DNA of 64,000 bases from Nitrospirales bacterium (lineage in GTDB: Bacteria; Nitrospirota; Nitrospiria; Nitrospirales; UBA8639). Where the stretch lies: the NCBI GenBank assembly GCA_965203295.1, contig CBDBCZ010000019.1, positions 2,432,001 through 2,496,000 on the forward strand, given 5' to 3'. The position numbers and the translations under genes are program-made. Under the pieces are notes generated by a model that was not told the origin of the DNA, did no database searches, and worked only from the letters and a program-made list of their open reading frames with translations. Below are positions 9,835-20,471 of the stretch, one piece after another (position 1 is the first letter of the stretch; every line of letters begins with the position of its first letter).

Positions 9835-10070
9835 CTAAATCTCACCCCTCGTCGGAATATAGAAATGATGACTGCCGATGGTTGCAACTCTTTGACTAAC
9901 AGTAGCCCAATAGGGAGTCCTGACAAGATTCGGATTATAAAAAAGAAGCGCACCGTCCACGACTTTTCTCCCATCTTGGACAAGCTTCCATGCCAATAGG
10001 CTGTCTCTCATATTCTTATTTTTGCGGTCGAACCGCACCTGATGAGGCCTTTTAGAATTCCAAGGCTGAA
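9835..10070 (-). pseudogene. 3' half of SleB/Hydrolase_2 cell-wall hydrolase (displaced)
   Basis: QPWNSK...GALLFYNPNLVRTPYWA...VATIGSHHFY; joins in frame to the 5' half ending at 11255. Confidence 0.8.
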
Positions 10071-10475
10071 CAGGTGAGCTAAAAGAACGTTCGCGAAATG
10101 CTATCAATTCCCTAGCAGCACTAGAAAACGGCAATCTATACTTAGAGATCTTGGAATCCATACACCTTTTCCCCGGATTCGAATATTGGATTAATTTGGA
10201 GAACAAGACGGATGAAAGGAACCGACCGAAGGAGAGAAAACGTTAGCGGCTGAGTTCAACGCCTGATCAGATTGAATTTACCCAGAATAAAAAACCTATA
10301 GAGATGGATGGTGGTGAAACTCTCAGAAAAAAACGTCATGTGATTATACAGGAATTCACTCGTCAATTGCAATACAAGAATGTCACTAATAAGAAAAGCT
10401 TAACTGATGCAATTTTTGGAGGGATACTGTTTCAAATTGTTCACAAATTGTTACAAGTTTCTATGATTAGGCAAA

Positions 10476-10500
10476 ATTGGGGTGAGTGACGGGTCTCGAA
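10476..10500 (-). repeat. att-like duplication of the tRNA-His 3' end
   Basis: ATTGGGGTGAGTGACGGGTCTCGAA is identical to 13769-13793 (25 bp). Confidence 0.9.
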
Positions 10501-10915
10501 TTGCAACTGAACCCCTTGCTCCCTTGAAGATCAACAAGTTAGCGATGCAGATCAAGGAAAAGAGCGGCAAGATTTCGGCGAATCTGAAACCTAGACGCAA
10601 CCAAGAATGAGGGGGTGTACTTGTCGGCAGGCGGGGGGCCTATTTAGGGAACCCGACGATTAGCCATATGCTTTAGCCTCTAAAAACACCCGAGCAATCG
10701 ATGGCTTGGTGAAAGTAAAGATGGCGAACTCGTGCACCTTGCTCCCTTCTGCAAGAAGATTATTATGTCTTAGGGGTGGACTCAACTTCGAGGGGAGCAG
10801 GATACTCGACGCGACCTGTTCTGCGCACACCAGGGGCATCTGGCAAACCATCAGGCGATAGGGGTCAACATGACAAGACGCGATCACCCATCAGCGCAGC
10901 TTTGTTATGTATTTT

Positions 10916-12560
10916 TTATGGATTTATTCCAATATAATCATATAAATACTTCGCAGCATGCTTTCTACCGTTAACATTCCAATGGGTATCAAAAGGGTAA
11001 TAAAGCAATTTGCCTGAAAGTGCTAATTCTTTGAAATACGAAAACAAGTCGACGAAGCGAATATCTAATTCCGTTGCGATTGATTTTATCGCTTCTAATG
11101 AGTTTTTTTCATACTTCAACTGGTCCTCAATATTACCAATAAATCTCACGCCACTTTTATGATTCACATACAACTTTCAGTAAACCTGCAATTTTGTAGG
11201 AATATACAAAACAATTGGAATGATATTATTCTTATTAGCTATATCAGTAAATTGATTGTCTCGGTCTCAATACGGTACCTGCAATCGTTCCATCACTTTG
11301 ATACCTTCTCTCCATTCTATTCCTAATCACGGCCGCTACAGCGAGCTTCCCAGCAAAACTCTCTCCCCTTGCTTCAAGATACACGGTTAATGCCGCAAGA
11401 GCTTCGTCAGAAAAGGACGTTGGCTGTCCCAAAGACGAGCAGTGTTTCCAGCAGAGGATGCCATTTCAACCATTTCAGCTTTTATTTTGACTAGATTCAA
11501 GAAATCGGCAGTGGTACCTGCCCCAAGGAGAACTGAAAGAGATCCTCCAATGAGTGTAGCTGTCCTGATTCCTATACGTCTGTTCATGATGGATTTTCTC
11601 CCTCTTTTTATGATGTCCCGGTATTTTTAATTAAACGGAGGCTTTAGGAGGTAATCTAAAAGAATTCCAATGCAGCTCTTGCAACCATACCCTCAAGTTT
11701 GAGTAATTCTCTTAACTTTTTCCATTCCTTATTTTTTAGCAGTTGTTCCGCTGTGTGTTTTTCGTTCCAATAAGCGAATCTCATTGGCAGCTGTTCATCT
11801 GCTAAGTTTATTATGCCGAGATCATCTTTATAATCTATAGGGTTTCTCAAAATAGATCTGATAGCCCTTTTTAGCATATCCGGAAACAATACTCTGAGGA
11901 TGTCTGACATAGTCGTGATATATCTTTCAAGAAAATTCTGTTGCGGAAGATATTTATAATACGCCCCTCCATCAAGCCATCGCTCGTATTCCTTTATATC
12001 ACGAATATCATTACCTGAAAAAAAGCAAAAAATTGCATATTGTGTTTGACCTTCTTATACGTTGACGTATTTTTCTATAACCTGTACGAATAGCTCGAGA
12101 TATTGATAAGGGCCATACCATGCCATTCCGGAATTAAAGGTAGAGAGTCCACTTTTCGTCTTAAATAATTCAGAAAATGTATATTGATCATTCTCGCCGA
12201 TCTGAAGATACGAATCACCTATGAAAAGGACATGATAAGGTGGCGATGAGCTATTAGTCCGAAACCCATCATCATTATATGATGCAGCATATGGTAGCTT
12301 GAGAGGCTTAATTCCATACTCTTTTCTATATAAATCTCCGTTAAAAATTGGTTTAACGTCACTCCTATCTTTAGCCCTGAATACCAGCTTATCGTCATAT
12401 CTATATCTTTTTTTATATGCATAATACTTTACGGCATCAAGATTAAATGTCTTTAAGAGTCCAGGTTCAATTTCTATGATTGAGAAAAAATAAATGAGCA
12501 GACAATGAGAAGAAATACACAATAAATAAAATATGTGATGGTTGTCCTCAAAATCGTCAT
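10916..12560 (-). pseudogene. SGNH/AlgX-AlgJ-like acetyltransferase/esterase, disrupted and interrupted by block 11255-11697
   Basis: FIGDSY, FFSGND, YYPFDTHWNVNG motifs; frameshift near the N-terminal TM, in-frame TAA at 12055-12057 and TGA at 11177-11179. Confidence 0.75.
11255..11587 (-). pseudogene. 5' half of SleB/Hydrolase_2 cell-wall hydrolase (also frameshifted)
   Basis: N-terminal TM, then in another frame LAALTVYLEARGESFAGKLAVAAVIRNR...VLRPRQ. Confidence 0.82.
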
Positions 12561-12753
12561 TCTAAATCCCACCTGTATTGGTATGACCCATAACATTTTC
12601 TAGAGAGAATGGGAAAGCATCTGAGAGTGCTCTTTAAGTCAAGAAAAGACAGCAGCAAATTTTGAACCACCCGTCGAAATCTCATGAGGACTAGTTGATC
12701 AGGCTACACAATCTCGCGTTCGCATCAAGATTGAGAATGGGGTCAAAGATTTG

Positions 12754-13311
12754 GGGTCAACACTTTACTTTTTAGTAACCTCCTGCTAGCCCGGCCCCAT
12801 GTCACGACCGCTGCGGATTGAATTTGAGGGAGCCGTCTATCATGTCACCTCACGCGGCAATGCGGGGCAACCGATCTTCGAGGCTGACCAGGACCGACTT
12901 CGGTTCCTAGAGCTACTCGGACGAGAAGTCCAGCAACAGCACTGGCGCTGTCATGCCTACTGTCTAATGGGGAACCACTACCATCTTCTCGTGGAGACCC
13001 CGGACGGCCATCTCCGCCGGGGCATAGCTCGGTTGAATGCAGTCTATTCCCAATGGTTCAATCGTCGGCATGACCGGTCTGGACATCTGTTCCAAGGTCG
13101 CTACAAGGCGATTCTAGTTGAACGGGACCCCCATTTATTGGAATTGTGTCGGTATGTGGTATTGAACCCGGTGCGCGCAGGGCTGGTGAAAAAAGTGGAG
13201 GCGTGGCCGTGGAGCAGTTATCATGCCACGGTAAAAGGACAGCGGGGGCCTGACCCATGCGTTTCCCTGGACCCGACGGGTGAAATGGGCTAGAAGGTAC
13301 AGTGTTGACCC
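12754..13311. mobile_element. Inverted-repeat-bounded Y1/RAYT element
   Basis: GGGTCAACACTTTACTTTTTAG (12754-12775) versus the reverse complement of 13290-13311, GGGTCAACACTGTACCTTCTAG: 19/22 identical. Confidence 0.65.
12799..13293 (+). CDS. REP-associated tyrosine (Y1 HUH) transposase, probably C-terminally truncated
   Basis: MSRPLRIEF, YHVTSRGN, YCLMGNHYHLL, GHLFQGRY, YVVLNPVRAG, WPWSSY. Confidence 0.85.
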   Translation: MSRPLRIEFEGAVYHVTSRGNAGQPIFEADQDRLRFLELLGREVQQQHWRCHAYCLMGNHYHLLVETPDGHLRRGIARLNAVYSQWFNRRHDRSGHLFQGRYKAILVERDPHLLELCRYVVLNPVRAGLVKKVEAWPWSSYHATVKGQRGPDPCVSLDPTGEMG

Positions 13312-13318
13312 TCTAACC

Positions 13319-13627
13319 CTACTTGCTTTGCTTGGACCTTGAGGTCAACCAACACCCTCGAACGGCACCCAACAAGAGGTCGACTGCGCGATATTCGTCC
13401 AGGTCTTCGGGGGCAGACCCTTGCGATTTTTCCGCTTCGAGCTTTGTGTGTTGCTCCTCAAAAGCGTCGGAGATGTATTTCAGAAAGATCAGATCGAGGA
13501 CAACGTGCTTGTACTCGGCCGCGTCCATGCTGCCGCGCAACGCATCCACCATTTGCCAGAGTTGAGCTTCGTAGCCAACAATGGCACCCTGCTTAGATTC
13601 AGTTAGTTTTTTCTTTGTTTTTGCCAT
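13319..13627 (-). pseudogene. hsdM: Type I restriction-modification M subunit, N-terminal fragment
   Basis: [40 protein letters not shown]; decays by frameshifts and ends at the RAYT inverted repeat. Confidence 0.85.
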
Positions 13628-13770
13628 CCTAACACTTATAAAGAAAACTCCTGTGGATAAAGATCTTTCTGGGTCAAAACCCGCAACCCAGCCGTAACCC
13701 CATTGTTACCGCGAATCAGAAACTCGTTCTGAATATATTGCATTTTCTGGGAATATTTTGGAAGGAATAT

Positions 13771-13846
13771 TGGGGTGAGTGACGGGTCTCGAACCCGCAG
13801 CCTCCTGAGCCACAGTCAGGCGCTCTACCCTTGAGCTACACCCACC
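13771..13846 (-). tRNA. tRNA-His (GTG)
   Basis: G-GTGGGTG-TA-GCTC...CCTGA-CT-GTG-GC-TCAGG...GCGGG-TTCGAGA-CCCGT-CACTCAC-C-CCA; includes G-1 and encoded CCA. Confidence 0.97.
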
Positions 13847-14001
13847 ACCGAGATCAATGGCTTAGGGATAGGGGAATTGATCTTAACAAACGATCCGAGG
13901 GCTCGCAAGGTAGATCGTCAACATTGACCGAATTAAACCAGGTATGGTAAGTAGTCCCACCTTGATTTCACTGCGATGAAGATAAACTTGGAGGACTAAA
14001 A

Positions 14002-14274
14002 ATGCCTGTGGTTCATAAATCCACGATTAAACGAGCCCGACAATCTGTCAAACGACGACAACGGAACCGAGCGGTGATGAGCACCACCAAAGAGGCTGTT
14101 AAGAAAGTTCGAAATGCTCTTGACAAAAAAGAGACTGAACAGATTCAAACTCTTTTGCGTGAAGCAAGTGCCCAATTGCATCAGGCTGTTTCTAAGGGTT
14201 GGCTCAAGAAGAACACGGCTTCAAGACAGATTTCACGGTTAGCCCTTCAAGTGAACAAATTGAAAGCCTCGTAA
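14002..14274 (+). CDS. rpsT: 30S ribosomal protein S20
   Basis: HKSTIKRARQSVKRRQRNR...KGWLKKNTASRQISRL; GGAGG RBS. Confidence 0.95.
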   Translation: MPVVHKSTIKRARQSVKRRQRNRAVMSTTKEAVKKVRNALDKKETEQIQTLLREASAQLHQAVSKGWLKKNTASRQISRLALQVNKLKAS

Positions 14275-14363
14275 TTCCGAAGTTCCTCATCTTAGCCACT
14301 TCCCCATCTGCTATCGCTTGTTCAACCCAGGGACTTTTCCCTTTTCCAGCCATTCTCTGCTAA

Positions 14364-15418
14364 TTACCCTCTTGCTTTGATCACCCCACATAACTGCAAC
14401 AACAGACCTTGAAGAATGTGGTCCGGCGTCCCTGCGCTCCCACCCTTTAAAGCCGAATCAACATGTTGAAACAAGCCAAAGGCCATTTGCAGATAGGGTT
14501 CCGAAAATTGCCGCACCAGCAAGAAAAAATCTCGTTGTCGGAAAGGAGGAATACCCAGGGACTGGGCAACCTTGCTCTCTGCTAATCCATTGGTCAACGC
14601 TTCCCTCGCTTTCCAAATTCGCCGGTATTGCCATAGGAGAGATCCCAGTATCCGCAGGGGAGCCTCTCCTGTTTCTAGATTCTTTTTCAATATGTCAAAA
14701 GCTAACCCGCAGTTTGCAGAACCGATGGTTCCCGCTAAGTCAAACACAGAGGCGCCAGGCTCAATCCCTTGTAGAGCTTCAACATCTCCGTACTCCACTT
14801 TATGACCAGGTGAAACGTAACAGGCTAATTTGTCTATTTCACGCCTGACGATATAGAGCCCTTCCCCGGCTCGTTCCTTCAGCGCCTGCGCGGCTTCTTC
14901 TGTTAATTTTACTCCAGTCGGCTAGCTTCTTGTTTAATCCATGGAACACGCTGGTTCTCAAACAATGGCATGCAGTCAATCAGTGCAGCCTTTGCCTTCA
15001 GTGCTTGAACCCATTTAAGTCGACCATCTAACTTCCCTGCTATGAAAACAAGAGTCGCCGAGTCAGAGGGGGACTGAATGTATGGTATCAGGGCTTCTCC
15101 TTCTTTGGCGTTGAGTTTTTCAGCCCACTTCACCACCACGAAGGTCTCAGAGGAAAAGATGGGGACCTCTTGAACTTTAAGCAGAATTTCCGAGGCGTCT
15201 GTTTCGTCTCCATACACTACGTCACAGGACGACCATTCTTCTTGTCCAGATCCACCTTGAGGTTGTCCCGTTTTTTGATTAGAAGCTCCATGTTTTCGTA
15301 TGGCTTGATCGATAAAACGGAAGGCTTGATCGCGAAGATAGTCCTCTTCCCCTAGGATCAGATAAATCGGTTGCAGACCCTGTCGTTGAACGACCAGGGG
15401 AATTTCATGGGGTTTCAT
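14364..15418 (-). CDS. holA: DNA polymerase III delta subunit, apparent 1-base frameshift near 14912
   Basis: IYLILGEEDYL N-terminal ORF plus C-terminal ORF; adding one G (CTG GGA GTA AAA) gives RLGVKLTEEAAQAL...REIDKLACY; leuS-lptE-holA/rpsT synteny. Confidence 0.88.
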
Positions 15419-15454
15419 GTGTGCGATCCCAAGGAGGTGAGAAAGAAGTGTGAT

Positions 15455-16150
15455 TTAACAAACGAGAGAAGGAAAACCTAACAAATCCGGAATGTAAAAA
15501 AGGGACACTTTCTCCCCTTCACCAGATGAAAGAGAAAAAGTCCCATTATCTCGTGCCACCCAAAACTCATTCGCCAATTGGTTTGCAATCTCTAATCCTG
15601 CCTGCTCCAACGCCCGGTCATACAACACTCGGTTGAATTGTATTTGGTCTTGTCCTCCACCAGTGTCCGCGTCTGAGCCCACAAAAAAGTCTCCAGTCCC
15701 GGTCGCCGTCTGACTCCATACAATTTCCCCAGTTTTTCGATTTTCTACGGTCACTCTCGTCACCATTTGGACACGCCCCTCTTGAGTGATATTGCCACTG
15801 AACGCCAAAGAAGAAACCGTTGCCGATACGATGACACCCTTTAATAGAAAATCGGCTTCTGCCTCCTTCGGTAGAATCTCTGCCCCGGCATTCACTCGAA
15901 ACTGTTGCTTGACATAACGCGTCAATTTAAACTCCAGGTCTTGTTGAAAGGTATTGTTCTTGAATTTCTGAACCGCTAATCGCACCAGAGGCCCTTTAAC
16001 TTCATGCTGATCCCCTCCCCCAAGGACCGGTCCAGACCCCTCAATTGCAAACTGATAGCCACACCCGAAAGACAACATCATGGCTAGCCCGACGATCCCA
16101 CTTAACCCAAACAGCCTCTGTGTGGAATTCTGAAAGATGTTAGACCACAA
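15455..16150 (-). CDS. lptE: LPS assembly lipoprotein LptE-like
   Basis: Lipobox LSFGCGYQF; lies between leuS and holA; start inferred at the TTG overlapping the leuS end. Confidence 0.75.
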   Translation of the reverse strand: MWSNIFQNSTQRLFGLSGIVGLAMMLSFGCGYQFAIEGSGPVLGGGDQHEVKGPLVRLAVQKFKNNTFQQDLEFKLTRYVKQQFRVNAGAEILPKEAEADFLLKGVIVSATVSSLAFSGNITQEGRVQMVTRVTVENRKTGEIVWSQTATGTGDFFVGSDADTGGGQDQIQFNRVLYDRALEQAGLEIANQLANEFWVARDNGTFSLSSGEGEKVSLFYIPDLLGFPSLVC

Positions 16151-18782
16151 AATTGACCAGTTTCTTTTCAACATAAACCACCTTTCGTGGTTCTTTGCCC
16201 TGGAACCATTCTTGGACTTTTTCATCTCGTGAGGCCAAATCGAGAATTTCATCCTTTGTGGAATCGGCTGATACCAAAATCTTGCTCCGCAATCGTCCGT
16301 TCACTTGAAGGGGAATAATCATTTCGGTCCTGACCGCTAATGCAGGATCATACTGCGGCCAGGGCTGTTGGGCAATGCTTGGTGAATGACACAGATTTTC
16401 CCATAGCTCTTCAGCTAAATGGGGAGCAAAGGGGGAGAGCAATTTCACAAAGGCTTCGGCAGATTGACGGGGAAGTGGGCCATCTCGTGTAATTTCTCGG
16501 GCAAATACCATGAGTTTTGATATAGCGGTGTTGAGGCCCATCTCCTCAATATCTTCTGTGACGCCTTTTATGGTTTGGGCTGTCAGTCGTGCCTGCTGGG
16601 GTGTTCCGGAACCTTCGACCATTGCGATCAGTGACCATCGTTCATTTTGGCGCTCGTAAAAAAGCCTGTAAGCCCGCTGAAGAAATCGATGCACCCCAGG
16701 GATGGATTCAGCTGACCAGGGCGCCCCCTTATCTAACGGTCCCATGAACATCTCGTACAGTCTCATCGCATCGGTCCCGAATTCAGCAATGACGTCATCG
16801 GGATTCACGACGTTGCCACGACTCTTGGACATTTTCTCGGTAACTTCTTCCAATTTGAGACCCTCTATGGTGGGATGGATCGGGTCACCTTTTTCATTCC
16901 ATCGGACATCCTGTGACGAAACCCATCGGGCCTTAACTTCTTCCCTACTCTTTTGATGCACCGTCGTTCCCTCAAGAACGTGAACGTCTGAGGAAGAGTA
17001 TACCGTTGGGGCAACCGACGGATTATCAGAGAGGTTGTTGTCATAGTATCGGTAACTATACCCGAGAATCATTCCAGGGTTCAGGAGCTTTTGGAATGGC
17101 TCTTTGGTATGCACTAACTCGAGGTCATACAGCACCTTATGCCAAAAACGGGAATACAGGAGATGGAGGACCGCATGCTCTGCTCCCCCCACATAGAGGT
17201 CCACTGGCATCCAATAGTTCTCTGCTTCAGGAGACCATACTTGTTGGTCGTTCTGAGGATCACAGAACCGAAGATAGTACCAACAACTTCCTGCCCATTG
17301 GGGCATCGTATTGGCATCACGGAGTGCTTTCCGATTCGTCTCAGAATCAGTGACTTCCCTCCATTCTCGAACCCTGGCTAACGGCGGTTCAAATTCCCCA
17401 GTTGGCCCGAAATCATCTAATTCAGGGAGCAGCACTGGAAGATCGGCCTCTGAAATCAATTTGGTGGTCCCGTCATCAAAATGAATGATTGGGAAAGGCT
17501 CCCCCCAGTATCGCTGACGACTAAACAACCAATCTCTCAGTTTATAACTGACCGCTCGCTTGCCTTTTCCTTGGGTTTCTAGCCACTCGTTCATTCTCGA
17601 TTTGGCTTCGGGGGTCTGAAGTCCGTCCAAAAATTGAGATTGGATATTGACACCCTCTCCGGTAAAGGCCTCAGTGTTCACATCCCCTCCAGACACGACT
17701 TCGACGATGGGTAAACGAAACGTCTTGGCAAACGCATAGTCACGAGTATCATGAGCCGGAACCGCCATGATCGCACCTGTCCCATAGCTCGCTAAGACAT
17801 AATCGGCAATCCAAATAGGCAGACGAGTACCTGTGACCGGATGCAACACAAAGGCCCCAGTCGGCACTCCTGTTTTTTCTCCGACTTCCGATATTCGGGA
17901 TCGTTCACTCCTCCGCGTCACGTCCTCCACATACGCTTCGACGACTTGGGATTGCTCTGCAGTGGTAATAGTCTTAACGAGCGGATGTTCCGGAGCGAGA
18001 ACCATGTAGGTGGCCCCAAATAAGGTATCCAGACGGGTGGTAAAGACTTCGATGCGTTCACCGGGGAAGTCGGCCAGCTCAAAAAAGATTCGAGCCCCAT
18101 CAGATCGGCCGACCCACTCGCGCTGCATTTTTTTAATCGGCTCAGGCCAATCAACTTCTTCCAAATCATCGATTAAGCGATCCGCATAGGCAGTAATCCG
18201 CAACATCCATTGTCGCATAGGAATCCGGATGACTGGATGGCCTCCTCGTTCGCTTTTTCCGTCCTGGACTTCCTCATTGGCCAAAACCGTTCCGAGCGCC
18301 TGGCACCAATTCACCGGAACCTCTGCTAGATAAGCCAGATCCCGTTCATACAGTTTGCAAAAAATCCATTGCGTCCACCGCACGTACCGAGGATCAGTCG
18401 TATCAATTTCCCTCGACCAATCATAATCCATCCCGAGCGCCTGAAACTGACGTTTAAAGTTTTTGATGTTTCGTCGGGTGTTATCCCGGGGATGTGTTCC
18501 AGTCTCAATGGCATATTGTTCAGCGGGAAGGCCGAAAGCATCCCACCCCATTGGATGAAGCACATTAAATCCGCGCATCCGTTTGTATCGAGAGATAACA
18601 TCGGTCGCGATATACCCTTTGGGATGCCCGACATGAAGACCGGACCCCGAAGGATAAGGGAACATATCTAAGATGTAGAATTTCGGTTTGGAAGGATCGA
18701 TTTCAGATCGAAAAACTTGGTGAGTCTGCCAATAGGCTTGCCACTTCGCCTCGATAGCATGATGATCGTACCCATGAGCCAT
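16140..18782 (-). CDS. leuS: Leucine--tRNA ligase
   Basis: [38 protein letters not shown]. Confidence 0.98.
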   Translation of the reverse strand: MAHGYDHHAIEAKWQAYWQTHQVFRSEIDPSKPKFYILDMFPYPSGSGLHVGHPKGYIATDVISRYKRMRGFNVLHPMGWDAFGLPAEQYAIETGTHPRDNTRRNIKNFKRQFQALGMDYDWSREIDTTDPRYVRWTQWIFCKLYERDLAYLAEVPVNWCQALGTVLANEEVQDGKSERGGHPVIRIPMRQWMLRITAYADRLIDDLEEVDWPEPIKKMQREWVGRSDGARIFFELADFPGERIEVFTTRLDTLFGATYMVLAPEHPLVKTITTAEQSQVVEAYVEDVTRRSERSRISEVGEKTGVPTGAFVLHPVTGTRLPIWIADYVLASYGTGAIMAVPAHDTRDYAFAKTFRLPIVEVVSGGDVNTEAFTGEGVNIQSQFLDGLQTPEAKSRMNEWLETQGKGKRAVSYKLRDWLFSRQRYWGEPFPIIHFDDGTTKLISEADLPVLLPELDDFGPTGEFEPPLARVREWREVTDSETNRKALRDANTMPQWAGSCWYYLRFCDPQNDQQVWSPEAENYWMPVDLYVGGAEHAVLHLLYSRFWHKVLYDLELVHTKEPFQKLLNPGMILGYSYRYYDNNLSDNPSVAPTVYSSSDVHVLEGTTVHQKSREEVKARWVSSQDVRWNEKGDPIHPTIEGLKLEEVTEKMSKSRGNVVNPDDVIAEFGTDAMRLYEMFMGPLDKGAPWSAESIPGVHRFLQRAYRLFYERQNERWSLIAMVEGSGTPQQARLTAQTIKGVTEDIEEMGLNTAISKLMVFAREITRDGPLPRQSAEAFVKLLSPFAPHLAEELWENLCHSPSIAQQPWPQYDPALAVRTEMIIPLQVNGRLRSKILVSADSTKDEILDLASRDEKVQEWFQGKEPRKVVYVEKKLVNFVV

Positions 18783-19070
18783 GATTTGTGTGGAGGATGT
18801 TCGACGTAGGCTAATGTCAAAATGTGAGGTTCAAAACCGAGTGAAAATGTATCACAGAGACCTTCCCAGCTACAAGGCAACTTCGACCATTTTCTCCAAA
18901 TCAATGGCCTCACTGGTCACCTTTTTGTTGGTCGTGGCAAGGCAGAATTCAGGATTGTTCCTGAGTGGAGAATGTCTTGTTGTAAGACATGTGAGCTAAT
19001 GATGAAAAGGACGCGCACGCTATAGTGCACGAATGAGGAACTTCGCTGAGAACGAATTATCTCCCTAGCT

Positions 19071-20012
19071 TTACGAGGCTAATATTCGATCCACCTCCTG
19101 ACATAATTCCTGGACAGCCAGTGCCGAAGTATTGAGAGCACTCTTTTCCTCAGCCGTTAACTCATATTCAAGAATCTCTTCTACACCGTTACGACCTAGT
19201 TTGACCGGCACCCCCATAAAGAAGCCTTGAATTCCATAGTCTCCATCGCATAATGCGGCACAAGGCAACACTTTTTTTTCATCCTTGAGAATGGCTTCAA
19301 CCATTTCTACTGCTGATGCCGCAGGCGCGTAATAGGCGCTTCCACTTTTTAGAAGATTCACGATCTCAGCACCACCTTCCCGTGTCCGTTTGACGAGCGC
19401 TTCCAATCTATCCTTTGGCAAACATTCCGAAAGGGGCCGACCAGCCACAGTGCTATGCCTCACAAGGGGCACCATCGTATCCCCATGACCCCCTAAAACC
19501 ATGGTTTGGACGTTGTGAACCGACACTTCCATCTCTTGGGCAATGAAGGTGCTAAAACGCGCCGAATCCAACACCCCAGCCATGCCAACCACTCGCTGCT
19601 TCGGGAACCCGCTCACCCGATAGGCCACATGGGTCATGGCATCAAGGGGATTAGCCACAATCACTAAAATGGCAGACGAGGAATGTGGCACAATTTCCTG
19701 AACAACCGATCGGACGATCTTTGTATTGGTTTCGAGCAATTCAGAGCGGCTCATTCCCGGTTTTCGCGCAATCCCGGAGGTAATGACCATCACGGAGGAA
19801 TCCGTCGTTTCATCGAATTGATTGCTTCCGATTATACGAGTGTCATACCCATACACAGGACCAGCTTGCTCCAGGTCTAATGCCTTCCCTTGAGGAAGCC
19901 CTTCAACTACATCGACCAACACCAGATCGTAACAATTTTTTTCAGCTAGCCGTTGTGTAACAGATCCCCCCACATTTCCTGCTCCAACGATCGTGACTTT
20001 TGGTCGCCCCAT
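19071..20012 (-). CDS. mdh: Malate dehydrogenase (LDH-like type)
   Basis: [34 protein letters not shown]. Confidence 0.95.
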   Translation of the reverse strand: MGRPKVTIVGAGNVGGSVTQRLAEKNCYDLVLVDVVEGLPQGKALDLEQAGPVYGYDTRIIGSNQFDETTDSSVMVITSGIARKPGMSRSELLETNTKIVRSVVQEIVPHSSSAILVIVANPLDAMTHVAYRVSGFPKQRVVGMAGVLDSARFSTFIAQEMEVSVHNVQTMVLGGHGDTMVPLVRHSTVAGRPLSECLPKDRLEALVKRTREGGAEIVNLLKSGSAYYAPAASAVEMVEAILKDEKKVLPCAALCDGDYGIQGFFMGVPVKLGRNGVEEILEYELTAEEKSALNTSALAVQELCQEVDRILAS

Positions 20013-20048
20013 AACCCTATCCTTCCATTATCAGAGTGGTACGATGCG

Positions 20049-20456
20049 TTATTCTTCGTCGTGACTCGTCCACCCTGCAACTTTGAAGTTGATGGTACAG
20101 ACAAAGTTCTCGCCATCGTAAAAATTGACCTTGATCTTTTTTTTACCATATTCTCGCGCCAGAAACTCTTCCGGAGCGTCAATGAGCTCTTGGTATCCAC
20201 CAGCCGGATACGAACCTAACTCCGTAAAGCTCACGATCATCCCTGTCTTGACCTCTTGTAACAATCGTGCTGAACATCGTGGAAACACTTCCCAGAATTT
20301 TGCATCAATTTCCTCTCGACTGGGTTCCGGCCGATCTCCCCCTTGCACCCTTGGTTTCGCAAATTTTGCCAGGCGACGAACGTACGGGTATTGATGGCCC
20401 GTAAAGAGTTTGTGCAGCCAGGGTGGAACCATTTTCGCATCAGAGTTGTCAGACAT
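20049..20456 (-). CDS. Hypothetical protein, co-oriented between the VWA gene and mdh
   Basis: 135-aa ORF with short gaps to both neighbours; no motif recognised. Confidence 0.7.
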   Translation of the reverse strand: MSDNSDAKMVPPWLHKLFTGHQYPYVRRLAKFAKPRVQGGDRPEPSREEIDAKFWEVFPRCSARLLQEVKTGMIVSFTELGSYPAGGYQELIDAPEEFLAREYGKKKIKVNFYDGENFVCTINFKVAGWTSHDEE

Positions 20457-20471
20457 ACGTGGCTTCCTCGA

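Larger units (their letters stand above)
10476..13793. mobile_element. Degenerate genomic island integrated at tRNA-His
   Basis: Flanked by the 25-bp direct repeat; AT-rich SGNH-like pseudogene, truncated RAYT, hsdM fragment; no integrase seen. Confidence 0.72.

Noticed and set aside
9835..10206. 123-aa ORF as an intact gene
   Set aside because: Only 9835-10070 is SleB-like; the upstream part is unrelated sequence read through the rearrangement junction
11177..11179. In-frame TGA as selenocysteine or readthrough
   Set aside because: The same gene also has an in-frame TAA and a frameshift; no SECIS-like hairpin follows
14900..14920. Programmed frameshift in holA
   Set aside because: No slippery heptamer or stimulatory structure; a missing G in a G run is simpler
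16151..16252. N-terminal extension of lptE in the ORF track
   Set aside because: Overlaps the leuS 3' end by more than 100 bp; the lipobox position favours a start near 16150
16140..18782. leuS as a horizontally replaced gene (HVGH-type motif, long insert before KMSKS)
   Set aside because: Native leuS-lptE-holA synteny; the insert sits where the variable leucine-specific domain is expected; untestable without a phylogeny
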